From: Vitrella brassicaformis CCMP3155
Taxonomy: Eukaryota; Protista; Chromerida
DNA length: 64,000 nt
Reading direction: 5' to 3'
NCBI GenBank assembly: GCA_001179505.1
Contig: CDMY01000294.1
Location: 62,001 to 126,000, forward strand
This document shows positions 1 through 12,570 of this stretch, in pieces (positions within the stretch are counted from its first letter, which is position 1; each line of letters starts with the position of its first letter). Position numbers and translations under genes: made by a program. The notes below the pieces were generated by a model. It searched no databases. It was not told the origin of the DNA and was given only the letters and a program-made list of their open reading frames with translations.

Positions 1-81
1 TCGCAGCGGAAGTCCATCTGACAGGGGGGAGGGAGACAGGGGGGGAGGAAAGGGAAGGACACACACACACACACACGTGTA

Positions 82-2446
82 TCATGGCTGGATCCCCTCT
101 CCCTCTATCGGTACCTCTGAGTCGTCATCCGACATGCCGATGATTCCGTCGTCCTCCTGATCTTCCCCAGCACCAGCACCAGCACCAACACAAACCTCAC
201 AAGGCTTCTCGTCCGCAGCGCTGTCCCCAGCCGGCTGGCGACACCTCGGCGACGGCGGCGACGGACCCGCCCCAAGCAAAGGCGAGCTGGGCCAGCCCTC
301 CTCGGTGCCAGCCGTGACCCAGCTGTGGGTCTCGCCCCTCTCGTCGTCGTCACCGCCCTCGCCATCGTCGCTCACCACATCGCCACTCGGCAATGGCAGG
401 GACTGCTCACAGCACGATGACGCGTCAGAGCCCTCATCAGCCCCATGTGGAGTGGGCTCGACCTCTCGAACCAGCAGCATGACTCTCTGTGTGCCGCTGG
501 TCGATGGCTGCCTGGGCCCTCGTGTGCGGTAGAGTCCGCTGCGCATGGCGAGTGCCCACTGGAAGCAGCGGCTGTTGGCGGCCGTTAGAGTGTCGGGCGA
601 CGGGGGGGTAGCAAGGTGGATGGTGACACGCTCCGACGAGCACCACCTCAGATCCTCTCTCAGCTTGAGGGTGGGCTTGGGCTGATCCAGCACTGATTAA
701 TCAAACACACCACAGTCAGCGTAGCACACACAGTACGTCAGCAAATCACCCGTGTTGTGCGGCCAGCAGAGACTGTTTGGCTTACGTGGCTGGTGTGGCC
801 GTGTTGGGTTGGCCCATAGGAAGCCGCTGACGGTCTCCATGACGGCCAGGCCCATGACTCGCTCCAGATGTCGACTTAGGGCATCCAAAAGGTCGCCAAG
901 ACAGGCGTCACGATCCAACTCAAGGTACGTCTCCTCCATGCTGTGGTCGTCACACTGCAGGCAGACAGGCAGGCATCAGGCACACCAGTTGCACGACCGC
1001 CTGTGTGTGTATGTTATGTGTTTCTGTCTGCTTTTGTTTGTATGGTCACCCGTATAAGCACGATGAAGGTGTCATCAAAGCCGGCGATCGTTGCGCCCTC
1101 CAGTACATGTGCCTCGAAGTAGATGGCCTCCTCCCCGTCCCTCGCAGCCCCATGACGCTCAACCAGACTCCATTGCTCGTGGCCACGCAGGCCCAGGTCC
1201 CCCAGGCTGGCCCTCTGCCCGTCCTCCCTCCCAGGCAGCCTCCACCGTTGGTCGACCACACGGATGGCGTCTTGCGGGCAGTCGCATGACGACAGCAGCT
1301 GGCCGATGTCGGCAGATGGCAGCCAGAATGGAGGCGAAAAGTCATGACTGTCGCTGGCGTCCACCATGGGTGTGTCGCCGTCCACGGCGGGGGAGAAGTG
1401 CTCGGCGGCTTCGCCGTGGGGGGAGGGCATCTGGATGAGCACTTGTGAGGGCCACTCGAGCATGAGGGCCTGGTCGGCAGTCAGCACACCCGAGGGCGAC
1501 ACCGCACAGCCAGGACGCCCGCCGGCTGCAGGCAGACACACGGAACAGAATAAACACATTTCAGCAAGCCAGGTATTCCCTCGCTTCGTGTTTGTCTCTC
1601 TGTCTTGCTCACCTTGAACCTTCCTGAGTCTGAGCGGCATGAACTTGGGTATCCCGTCACAGACCACACGCAACGCATCCAACAACAGCGCACCCGTCAG
1701 CCGACCACCAGACGAAGCAGGACAACAAGAAGTAGACGAAGGTGACGACGACGATGGAACTGACACGGGGACCGCGGGCAGCCTGATGTCCATGCCCTGG
1801 ATCCTCACTGTCACGCTGCGATGCCGCACCCTCTCCAGCCTCATCGCCACCGTCGGCACCACATGCCGGCTCACGTACTGCTTCGACGCCCGCCCTGGAT
1901 GCGGCCGCATCATCGACCTGGGGCTGGTCGAGATGCGCAGGACCTTGCCGTCGCGCGATGACCGGGGTGAGGTGTCGTCTGTGTGAGGGGGAGCGGAGGA
2001 GGGGCAGGGGCGGTCGGCGATGGGCTGCCGTGTGGTCGACCAGTGGAGACGAAACAGCTTCCGCCAGTTGATCAGACGCTCCACTGATGGACAGACAGAC
2101 AACCAGAGAAGGAGAAAACAGCCATATGAGGGAAAAGGGCAGGAGAAGTGACAGAACATCGTGTGACTGACTCACCAGGTATGCCGAGAGTGAAGGGGCA
2201 GGCCCACGAGTCAAATTCGCGCCTCCTGGCGGCCTCTCCGTCCTCGTCGATGATCTTGCTTCTCTGGCAGTAGTGGCGCCAGTTGGTGCCCCCCTCGGGC
2301 AGGTTGCGGAAGAGGGAACAGCATGCCTCCAGCCGCCGGTAGTCACACGGGTCCAGGTAGTCAAGGATCTCAAACCACAGCTGCGGACAGATGGGCGGAC
2401 TGCGAGTCCACGAGGATGACATGCGGGGAGCACGACTCTCACTCAT
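82..2446 (-). CDS. Multi-exon F-box-like domain protein with acidic low-complexity C-terminus
   Basis: Exon 1 encodes PPICPQLWFEILDYLDPCDYRRLEACCSLFRNL, an F-box-like pattern. The GT-AG intron 2175..2084 joins in phase to VERLINWRKLFRLHW. The last exon ends at TGA 82-84. Internal exons were not all resolved. Confidence 0.5.
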
Positions 2447-2751
2447 CTGTAATCAGCCGATGACATTTGATGCACTGATCTTCATGACATCTCTCGTTTG
2501 CCTTGGGAAGCCTTCCTCCGACTTGGGTCTCATCCTCAAGTCCCAATCACAGCTCGCACATCTGCGAGCTGAGCCCGCGTGCGAGGATCTCGCTTTTCCC
2601 TCCCCCTCGACAGCCTCCGACAGCGCCGCCAAGCACAGCAGAGCGGGATCAGCCAAGCTCGCCGAGTGTCTCCTTCCCGCAGCCAGCCACCGACGTCAGA
2701 CCCAACAGCTCTCTCCCCGAGTGGTGGTTGACGAGTGTGGGAAGCGCCATC

Positions 2752-4491
2752 ATGATCCCCTCATGTGCGGGCGGTGACAGGAGGCGGGACGGCCGGCAGC
2801 GGCGCCCCAGGACGTATTCCCTGACTGACCTCTATGAGGCCGCCCCTGAGAGGCTGCTCAAGGGGCTGCCGTGCTCTGCGTGGCTTCTGTCGGCTGTGCT
2901 GTTCTTCCACGCGGCGCCGTTTGTCATCTGCTACCCCTTGTCCGTCCTCACAGGATCCCTCAAATACCCACGGTGAGTGAGCGAGAGTGTGGGAGGCGAG
3001 ACAGGGGATTTGCCTGGCCTGTGGATGCGTGTCGCTTGTCTTGTCTGATGGTGTGTGTCAGGCTGTACCCCTCAGAGGCGTTTGGCCATCCGCCGTCGAT
3101 CTATGTGTGTTCGCTGCTGGCGCCGCTGGGCACCATCTGCTGGCTGCTCTTCACGTGGCGGTTCGCCACGGCCATCGACCGGTACCTGCCGTCAGCCGTC
3201 GAGCGCGGGTACATTCAGCTGTGTGTGCTGCTGTCGGTGACGATCCACATCGGGCTGACCGGCCTGGTGTCCATCCCCCTCCCCGTCTACCCCATCGGCC
3301 ACTACATTTTTGCGGGCCTCTACTTCTCCTCGTGCGCCCTGCAGTGCCTCTTCTTCGCGTACGTCATCGACCACTCCATCGCCTCCCCTATGTCGACGGC
3401 TATGGACGGGCTCAGGCTCGAGCCTGTGGTGCGCTACGCGGCGGCCTGGGGGCAGATTGTGTGCGCGGCCGTGATGGCGGGTGTGGCGATCTTTACGCCC
3501 TACGAGATGCCGTTCGTCATCGCGGAGTGGACGTTCATATCGTTTGTGGTGCTGTACCAGTGGTCGAGCTTCCCCTTGGCGCACTTCACCGACCGGCAGC
3601 AGCCGATGGAGCCGCACTTCATCGAGTCCATCCCGGCTCTGCCCAAACTGGCTTCCCTCTCGCAGCTGCCGCGGCTCAAGTCCCTCCCCTCTATCGCATC
3701 CATCGCCTCGCTCCCTAACATCTCCACACACTCACTCAGGTACACTACACACCAGACCACACCTGCCTGCCTGACTTCATTGCGTGTCTGTGTGTCTGTG
3801 TCTGTGTCTGTGCAGGCTGCGGATTGCCGTGAGCGATTCTCAACCCCCCTCCCCTTCGACAAAGGGCAGCAACGGCGGTGTCGACGAGGCGCGCAGCGAT
3901 GACCTCATCGACGCCGCCAACAACACCGCAACCACCACCACCACCACAACGGTTGTCGAGTGGAGCGACAAGGAGGAGAACGTCAAGGGCGGCTACTTCT
4001 GGAACCACGGCCAGCCATTTCTGTTCTTCGCCGCACCACTCTCGTCCCCATCATCCACCAAGCACACCCGCGGCACCCTCAGCACCGCATCCACTTCGCT
4101 CAGCGTATCGAGCCTCATCCCATTGAAGGGCGGGACATCCTCTCGGGTGCCCGGAGAGGGAGAGGGTGAGGGGGAGGGGTACTCTGAGCCTCACCGAGAC
4201 GGCACTAGTGATGGCGAGAGCAGCAGCCTGCCCGACATGAGTGAACTTGCCAGTGAGAGCCCCACCGATGAGTCTGCCTCTGCCCTGACCCATGACGACG
4301 ACTGGGTGATCGTGGACGCTTCACACCCTGCACACACCGACACGAAGAGAGGGGTGGGGGAGAAGGGGAGCGGGGCGCTGTCGCCATCGGCAGCATCGTC
4401 GGTGTCATCAGCAGCAGCATCGCAAGATGGCAGTCTTGTGCATTCGTGCTCTTGCAGTGACATGTATCGATCACTCATGGTGGGTGCGTAG
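2752..4491 (+). CDS. Frag1/DRAM/Sfk1 (CWH43 N-terminal-like) multi-pass membrane protein, 3 exons
   Basis: Exons 2752-2972, 3062-3739 and 3816-4491 join in phase across GT-AG introns. About 6 hydrophobic helices, including LTGLVSIPLPVYPIGHYIFAGLYF (H-x-x-x-A-x-x-x-F) and a C-terminal IAEWTFI. Both motifs are typical of the family. Confidence 0.6.
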
Positions 4492-6658
4492 CCAGCCGAG
4501 CCACGTGGGGTGGGGCGGGGTGGGGGGCAATCCATGTCTGTCTATACTCTCCCTGCCCTGGGTTGTCTACTACCCACTTGCTTGGCTTCTTCCCTTGTGT
4601 CTGTCTTTCTTGTTTTGGCATCTATCTATTGCATGCTCTCTGTCTGTCTGAGGGGTGGTTGTGTATCTATCGGACATACCATGGCGGTGTAGCGTAGCCG
4701 GCCCCCAATCGATTTTGGTCCTCTACTTGACTCACTCACTCACTCACTCTCTCTCCTGTCGACCGACCATTTTGCCCCGTATGCCATCCCCACAAACACA
4801 TACACACATACATACGTCCGTCCCATTCATGCTAACTGACCTCTGACATGGGTGTCTGTCTGGTGGAGTGTCGATGAGTGGCGAGAGCCCCGCGGTTGTC
4901 TGTCAGTCTTTCTGTCTTTCTGTCGAGTATGTGAATGCATGTGTGTGTGTGTGTGTGTGGATTGCTCGATACCTATCATCATGTGTGCAGTGAAAAAGGA
5001 GAGAGAGATACAGAGAGTCTATCGGTGAGAGAATGCAATCGAATGCGATGCGATGCGGCGTGTGTGTCGGTGCGCAAGGTTTTTGACCGGCTGCCGGTCC
5101 CATACTGACTGGCCGGCACTTGGGATGGAATGTGTGCCTTCCTGCTTGGCTTGCTGCTCTGGCTTTTTCGTCTTTCTTGTGCACACGCACGCCAGACACG
5201 CACCCGGAGAGGGGCGAGGGCAGAGATGGAGGGGGGGAGAGACGGAGTGGCTGCCAGCTATTGTGGGGAGGGACCACACACGCATACCTGGATGGATGGA
5301 TGGATGCCCCGCTGCCTGTGATGATGAAGGGAAGGTTTTGAATGCATACACACACTGTCAGTCAGCTTTTGTTTCTCGTTCGCTCTCACATCCCATCCGC
5401 CCACGGACCCACCCCATTCTTGCTTGTTGCCTGTCTGTCGTCTCTTTGCATGCCATTAATGCATGTGACGAGCACAGAGGACGGACAGGGGATCATATCA
5501 TGCAAGAGGCATGGTATCGTCTGCACAAGGCAGGCAAGGCCGCATTTTTGTAAACAGGGGCAGTGTGGCGCACGGACGGGTGGACGGATGATAGGTGTGA
5601 CGGATGATAGGTGTGCACAGACAGACAGCCTATTTTTGGATGGATGGATGGATGGGTGGCACCTCGTGAGGAACTGAGCGCATTGAGGGAGTGCAGTGAG
5701 CTGAAGGGAATCTCCGTTTTGCTGCCGTGCCTGTTGCTGTCGTTGGGTGCCCTCGGTCATGTCCATCCTTGTGACCTCCCCTGTGTGGCATCGATCGTTG
5801 CCACATATGGTGAGGATGCGTGGAGGGAGATGACTGCGGCGCCCCACAGACAGAACAGCATGGACACGCACTCCTCTTCGACAGGCGTGGGTCGGTAGCC
5901 AGTGGTCTCCTCGAATTAGCTGAAATGGTGTGTTGCCTGCTGTCTTCATCTTCCTCGGCACATCTGTGCTTCCGTGGTGGTCAGACCAGCCGTCATGGGT
6001 ATGCGTGTGCTGACGTGGTCGAAGACAGCCGGCAACACCAGGGATGACGAGGACAGGCAGGCCACAAGAGGGAGGAAGGGAGCTCACGTGTGCTTACGAA
6101 TTCACGACTGCATTCTGCTCTCTCTGTCCATCCATTCATCCATCCATGCGATGCCATGCCATCCCATGCCATGCCATGCCATCCGTGCACCCACCCATTT
6201 TGAGGCGCCACGTCAGTCATGTCATGCATACCACCATCTCTCTCTCTCTCTCTCTCCCCCAGACGGCAATTAATGTTCACCCCCCTCTCCCTCCCCCCAT
6301 ACCCCATACACACACACACATCTATTATGCGGATGGGGTGACCCATGTGGTTGGTTGTACAGACCTTTTCTCCTAGGCAGTGTGGCATGGGTGGGCGTCC
6401 TGTCTGTCGTCTGTGGAAATTCGGTTCTATGCTTTGGCTCGGCTCGGTTGTGACTGACGATTTGATTGATTGAGCTGAGCTAGAAAACACTCAACACTCC
6501 CGACGATTTTTGCACGTGGGGTGGGTGAGGTCACTGGCGCACGCCCGGATGGCTGACGCTCGGTGTTTATGTCACGTGTGCGTGTGTGATGTGTGGTGTG
6601 GTGTGTGTGGGGTGATGCGATGCACTCATGGGGACCAATTGACTCACTCGTCAAGGCT

Positions 6659-9600
6659 TCATTTGGCAGCAGAGTGAGCGAATTCCATGTCACGTGGCTG
6701 TGCCCGCCCCTGCAGTGCTTCGCCGTTCGTGGCAGTGGCGGGCAGGTGGTGGAAAACAGCTTCCTCGCATTCGTCCCGTCCGCTGGGCGCATAATCAGTC
6801 AGGCATTTGCAGACAAGTTGAGCGACAAGTTGACCATGGTCCTTCCCTCTCCTCTGGCTATCGACCGACAGGACACCAACTGCCCACACATATTCACATG
6901 CATATCTACAAGCAACAGGTAGGCAAGCTACACACCTACCTACCTGCCGGTCAGTTGCCTCTCTCCCTCCCTCCCTGCGTTGCTTTCCTCATGAATATGT
7001 CTGCATCATTCACACGCATGTACGGTACGCACAAGTCAGTCAGTGGGTCCCCGTCAGTCAGTCATACATACGCACACACGAGCCACGCTCACACGGATCC
7101 ACCAAGCCAAGGTAGTCAGTCGGCCAGATGAAGCGACTCGCATCACACCACCATCTGTCCACATCCACCGGATATCAGATCTCTGTCCACCCATCCATCC
7201 ACGGCGTCTCTCTTATCACGTGGGGGCCGTCGGCTCTGTGCGCACCCTGCAGGCACAAGCCAATTATTCACAGCACATGCAGGTCGTATGTGTGCGGGTC
7301 GGCCTCCTTCCTTTTCTGACTCATTCATTTATCGGCCTGGGTGGGGTGCATTGACTGACGTACCTTGCGCCAGCACGGCTCTCCTCCTTGCCCTTCTTGC
7401 CTCCCCTCGACACAGCCAGCATGTTCTCTCTGATGAAGTCACGCTTCGGCTGCGGCCTGGGTTGGCCAGCGGCCCCTCCCAAGTGCTGCTGCGATGGCAC
7501 GCGAGCAGGGGTCCGCGGCGCAGGACGCTCTGTCCGAGCCGGAGGCTGCTTGGGGGCGGGCCGCTTGGCCTTCGTGGCAGTGGTGGTACGCGGCTTGGCG
7601 GGTGTGATGTGCTTGGGGCGACCCGGAGCTCGAACAGGAGACGCAGGGGACTTCAGTGCTGTCTCGATCTCCTGCTGCCGAGCCGACTCACAGGGGCTAT
7701 TCCGCTCCTCCGGCTCCGAGCGCCCCACATGCCCGTGCAGCCGCATGAACGCACCACTTAGGTGACGTATGGTGGCCGTGCGGAGGGTGGATCGGACAGC
7801 AACAGCGCCAGCGCGACGCAGGGTGGCCCTCTCCTTCGCTCGCTGCTTCAGGACGGCCTCTGCAGTGGCCCGCCACCAGCACGCCACACCACGGCGGAGC
7901 TCGGCGCGTTCGATTGGGCGAATAAGGCGGTCGAGGACATTTCGCTGCAACGCGCGTGCCGCAGCTGTCTTGTGCCAGGCGTGGAGCAGCTCGTGCGTCA
8001 GCTGGCGGGCCGCCCTCCGACGCTTCGCTGCAACGCGCCAGATGACCAAGTGGCAACGGAGAGTAGCAGAGCTTCGGGCCACCTGACATGCAAAGGTAAC
8101 ACAAACATATGGCGCACAGATGTGTGTTGTGTCCCTCGCTGGTTTGCCTCGCTCACTGACCTGGTGCCACTTCTGATGCGCCTGCCTCAGGACGGCCAGC
8201 TGCACAGTCGTCTGCAGCCTCTGCGCCGCCTCGCGCCACGCAAGCGGTTTCTTCAGTTCTGGCATGGCGAGCTGGTACGAGTGAAGTCGGATGGCTTTCC
8301 TGAGATCGACAATGACAAATTGCAGCGACACAGGTATACACATACTCACTCACTCGGTAGAGTTGAGGATCTTGCAGGCTCTGATGGCCTTCCTGCGCTT
8401 GACAGCCATGTCCCAGGCGACAACAGCTCGCCTCAGCAGGGCAAGTTCAGCTGACACACAGACAAGACACACACGCCGATGGATAGGACATCCACACCAC
8501 CGACAGACGGCGCACCGTTACTTTCCCCTGCTCTCTCCCTCTCTGTTTCTCTCACCCACCAGTGGTGATTTCTTCCATAGCAGCAGCGGCACGGCGAATG
8601 CCCTCCCACATTGGGGTGCGGCTGAATCCGTCCAGGAAGCGCTCTGGCGAGGGTGGCTGGATCAACGAGGGGGGGCTGGGCGGCCGACGCAGCTCGACGG
8701 CCATCTTGTCGAGCCTCTCCTGGTACTCGTCGATCTCCCTCTGCCGCTCCATCTCCAGACGCTCCCGCTCGAACCGCTCGAGCGCACTAGGGGCCCATGT
8801 GGGCGACAGGCAGACACAGGATGGGCCTTCCTCTCCCTCTCCGTCTCCCACTGTATCATCGTCTTGAGGCAGTGCCAAGCCAGGAGGGCGGCGCTTCTTG
8901 TACCCCGCCGATGCATTCGTGTCGTCGCCATCCGCCAGCAGCGGCCCTTTTGCCTTGGTCAGCCTCTCAGCGAGCAGGTCCTTGAGCGACCCGGGCGTGA
9001 AGCTGATGCACTGACGCATGGGGTCATCGTCTACACATGCGCCGCCGCGAGGACTCAAGGGGGCGGGAGAAGGAACGTAGTCCTCCTGGGATGCGCTGCA
9101 GCCCTGCAACATCCCCAGTGGATTCGGTCCGCGACTGAAGGGCTCTCGCGTCGTGGGGCCGTTTGATGTATGCCGGGGGCTGCGGAGAGCGGGCGACAGT
9201 GCCAATGGCGACGAGGCCAAGGGAGTGGGGGCAAAGGGAGATGACGGGAAGCGAGAGTCATGGAAGAGGTCGCCCTGCTCTCCTGTGTCCACTCGACCGA
9301 CGTGCTTGCCCGCCACTGCACTTATGTGCTTGCAGGGCAGCTCACTCTGGCGCAGCCGCAGAGGCGACATCACCGTATCAACTGCATGACGACACAATGC
9401 AGACACCGCAGGCAATGCATGGATTGTGTCCATGGGATTGTGTGTCGGTCGCCTTGATTGTGTGGCTGGCCTCGCACCCGTGGCTACCTTTTGGCGATGC
9501 ACTGTCGTCGCCATCCGCCAGCAGCGGCCCTTTTGCCTTGGTCTCAGCGAGCAAGTCCTTGAGCGACCCGGGCGTGAAGCTGATGCACTGACGCATGGGG

Positions 9601-12052
9601 TCATCGTCCACACATGCGGCGCCGCGAGGACTCAAGGGGGCGGGAGAAGGCAGGCAGTCCTCCTGCGATGCGCTGCAGCCCTGCAACATCCCCAGTAGCT
9701 TCGTTCCGCGACTGAAGGGCTCTCGCGTCGTGGAGCCCTTTGGTGTGTGCCGGGGGCTGCGGAGAGCGGGCGACAGTGCCAATGGCGACGAGGCCAAGGG
9801 AGTGGGGGCAAAGGGAGATGACGAGAAGCGAGAGTCATGGAAGAGGTCGCCCTGCTCTCCTGTGTCCACTCGACCGACGTGCTTGCCCGCCACTGCACTT
9901 ATGTGCTTGCAGGGCAGCTCACTCTGGCGCAGCCGCAGAGGCGACATCACCGTATCAACTGCATGACGACACAATGCAGACACCGCAGGCAATGCATGGA
10001 TTGTGTCCATGGGATTGTGTGTCGGTCGCCTTGATTGTGTGGCTGGCCTCGCACCCGTGGCTACCTTTTGGCGATGCACTGTCGTCGCCATCCGCCAGCA
10101 GCGGCCCTTTTGCCTTGGTCTCAGCGAGCAAGTCCTTGAGCGACCCGGGCGTGAAGCTGATGCACTGACGCATGGGGTCATCGTCCACACATGCGGCGCC
10201 GCGAGGACTCACGGGGGCGGGAGAAGGCAGGTAGCCCTCCTGGGATGCGCTGCTGTCCCCCTGCAACATCCTCAGTAGTTTCGTTCCGCGACTGAAGGCC
10301 TCTCGCGTCGTGGGGCCGTTTGGTGTGTGCCGGGGGCTGCGAAGAGCGGGCGACCGTGCCAATGGCGATGAGGCGAACGGGGAAAGCGGAGATGGCGGGA
10401 AGCGAGAGTCATGGAAGAGGTTGCCCTGTTCTCCCGTGTCCCCTCGACCGACGTACTGCTTGCCCGCCACCGCACTTATGTTCTTGCAGGGCAGTTCGCT
10501 CTGGCGCAGACGCGACATCACCGTATCAACTGCACGAGGACACAATACAGACACAGCAAGCCAAGCAATGCATCGTTGGTGTGTCGGTCGCTTTGATTGT
10601 GTGGCTGGCCTAGCACCCGTGGCTACCTTTTGGCGATCCCCATGCCGTCGTGGCATTACAGGCGTCAGCCAGGTCAAAAGTGGTCCTGGTGGCATGCCGT
10701 CCGCCGTCCGCCAGCAGCGGCCCTTTTGCCTTTGCCTCAACGAGCAGGCCCTTGAGCGACCCGGGCGTGAAGCTGATGCGCTGACGCATGCGGTCATCGT
10801 CCACACATGCGGCGCCTCGAGGACTCACGGGGGCGGGAGAAGGCAGGTAGTCCTCCTGGGATGCGCTGCTGTTCTCATCGATTTGCCCGAGTTGCTGCCC
10901 GCCAATAAGCCCCGCTGCGGCCAGCCGGGCCTTTAGCTCCCCAACCACCGTCTGGCGAACGGCTTGCTTCCGCAGTCGGCTCATTGTGCTGGACGAGATG
11001 GAAACCTCCGATCCCTCCTCACTGTCGCTCCCTGACGTGACGATGTCATCAAATGCACCGCCTTTGCGAGGACAGGCGAGAGCGGCTTCAGCTGCTGAAG
11101 AAGTCTGCGGGTATCGTGTCTCTCGGTGCGCTATGGTTTGACCACACACGGCATTGAACACTTCCCCAGTGATGCACCAAACACCACACGGATGCAATCG
11201 ATGCACATAACATATTTCTCTGGCCCCTTTGTGCTCTGTGCTCATTAGCTTACAGTCCGCTGCCGAGTTTCCCGTTCATCTGGTACATGTCATTGATATC
11301 GTTGACCGACTGGATCAGTGTCGGCTCCCTGCGATACGGCGTGTGCATGCTGCTGGCAGTGCTGTTGGGCGAGTCGCCTGCACTGCCTGGAGAGGGGTAG
11401 GGCGGGGGAGGGGGGAAGGGCGACACTGGCGGCACACTGAAGGGATGGGACACATTTGGGGGGACGGTGGGGGGGAGGCCAAAGGGGCCGTGGGCGAAGA
11501 ACAGCGGCTCACACGGCTGGAGAAAGGACGACGGCTGAGGTTGGTGGTGCTGTTGGTCAGGGAGAGCCGGGTATGAGGGAGCCCTTGGGCTGCTGGCCTG
11601 CATGGGCGCCTCTGGGCCGCTGGGCGCGAAGGGTCCGCCCTGGGCTCCGCCGGCGGGCGTCATCCCAGGCGGCGCCATGATGGGCATGGTGATGGTTGTG
11701 AGTGGGTTGTGTCTGATCGATCAACGAAAAGCGTTGCCCCTCCTTGATGGCATGTCCTTACAGCGCAGCACACGCATCAGCAAAAGTCCAAGTCATTACA
11801 CAAGTCCACTTACACTTACAGCGAACTCCTTGGGCTGCTGGGCTGCATCGGTGCAGGTCCGTTGGGCGCGAAGGGTCCGCCCTGGGCTCCGCCTGCCGCT
11901 AAAGTGAGTGGAGAGGTAGACGGTGGGCTGCTGGACATGTTGGTCTTGTGAGAATTGTTGTGGCTGCAACCATTTGAGGTTCCTCCACTGCCAGGAGGAA
12001 CGGCTGGCTGACTTGGGCCGACCTGACGCGACGACGGGGCGGATGTGGCCAT
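6659..12052 (-). CDS. Large SP-rich protein with internal ~157-aa repeats and C-terminal Sfi1-like (centrin-binding-type) Trp repeats
   Basis: In-phase splicing was traced from ~11100 to the stop at 6659 through the repeat exons and segments such as LLRRAVVAW, KPLAW..QKW (23-aa spacing), LLHAW and LRRGVACW. The join of the 5' exons (12052-11820, ~11712-11254) to the rest is unresolved, so these could be a separate gene. Confidence 0.45.
8915..10875 (-). repeat. Tandem array of ~3.4 exon+intron units, period ~560-583 bp
   Basis: CGCCAGCAGCGGCCCTTTTGCCTT recurs near 8933, 9516, 10093 and 10708. Introns are 9382-9487 and 9959-10064 (both 106 nt, identical by eye) and 10530-10626 (97 nt). The exons between them are 471 and 465 nt. 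Confidence 0.9.
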
Positions 12053-12570
12053 TGCAGCCGCAATCAACAGCCTGGTGGAAGCCCCCAAACCGAGTTCCGA
12101 TTTACAAGGACACACGCTGAGACGCCCACAAGGGGAGCTGAGCTGACCGGGACGAAGGCCGGCAATCTAAGTCGCTTCTTGTCTGGTGCCTCCTTGTTCT
12201 GCTCCTCGGTCAGATAAGGTGAGTATGAAGACACCTTCTGACGAAGGAACAGACCGGTGCGCATTGCGAAGAGGAAACCGTTTCCCCCAGCCAGAATCAT
12301 GTATGTATGTATGTACATGCATCATCCATCAGGGTTCCACCAGGCAGATAGACAGCTGCCGGCCACGCGATTTGGGCGGCAGGCACTGAAATACCGATAT
12401 CTCTGACAAACCAACAAACAAACAAACGTACGTGTGCACAAGAACAACAAATGCACTCACTCACTCAGTCAATCTCTCGGCATGTATTGCACATTGATAG
12501 CTAGGGCATTCACTTGTGGGTAATTACATCCATCCACTCATACACACACAGATGTACGTACGCTATCCAT

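Noticed and set aside
4500-6600. Numerous 60-230 aa ORFs, including 5386-6087
   Set aside because: They are microsatellite-derived text (HTHT, VCVC, MDGW) with no consistent splice path or family motif.
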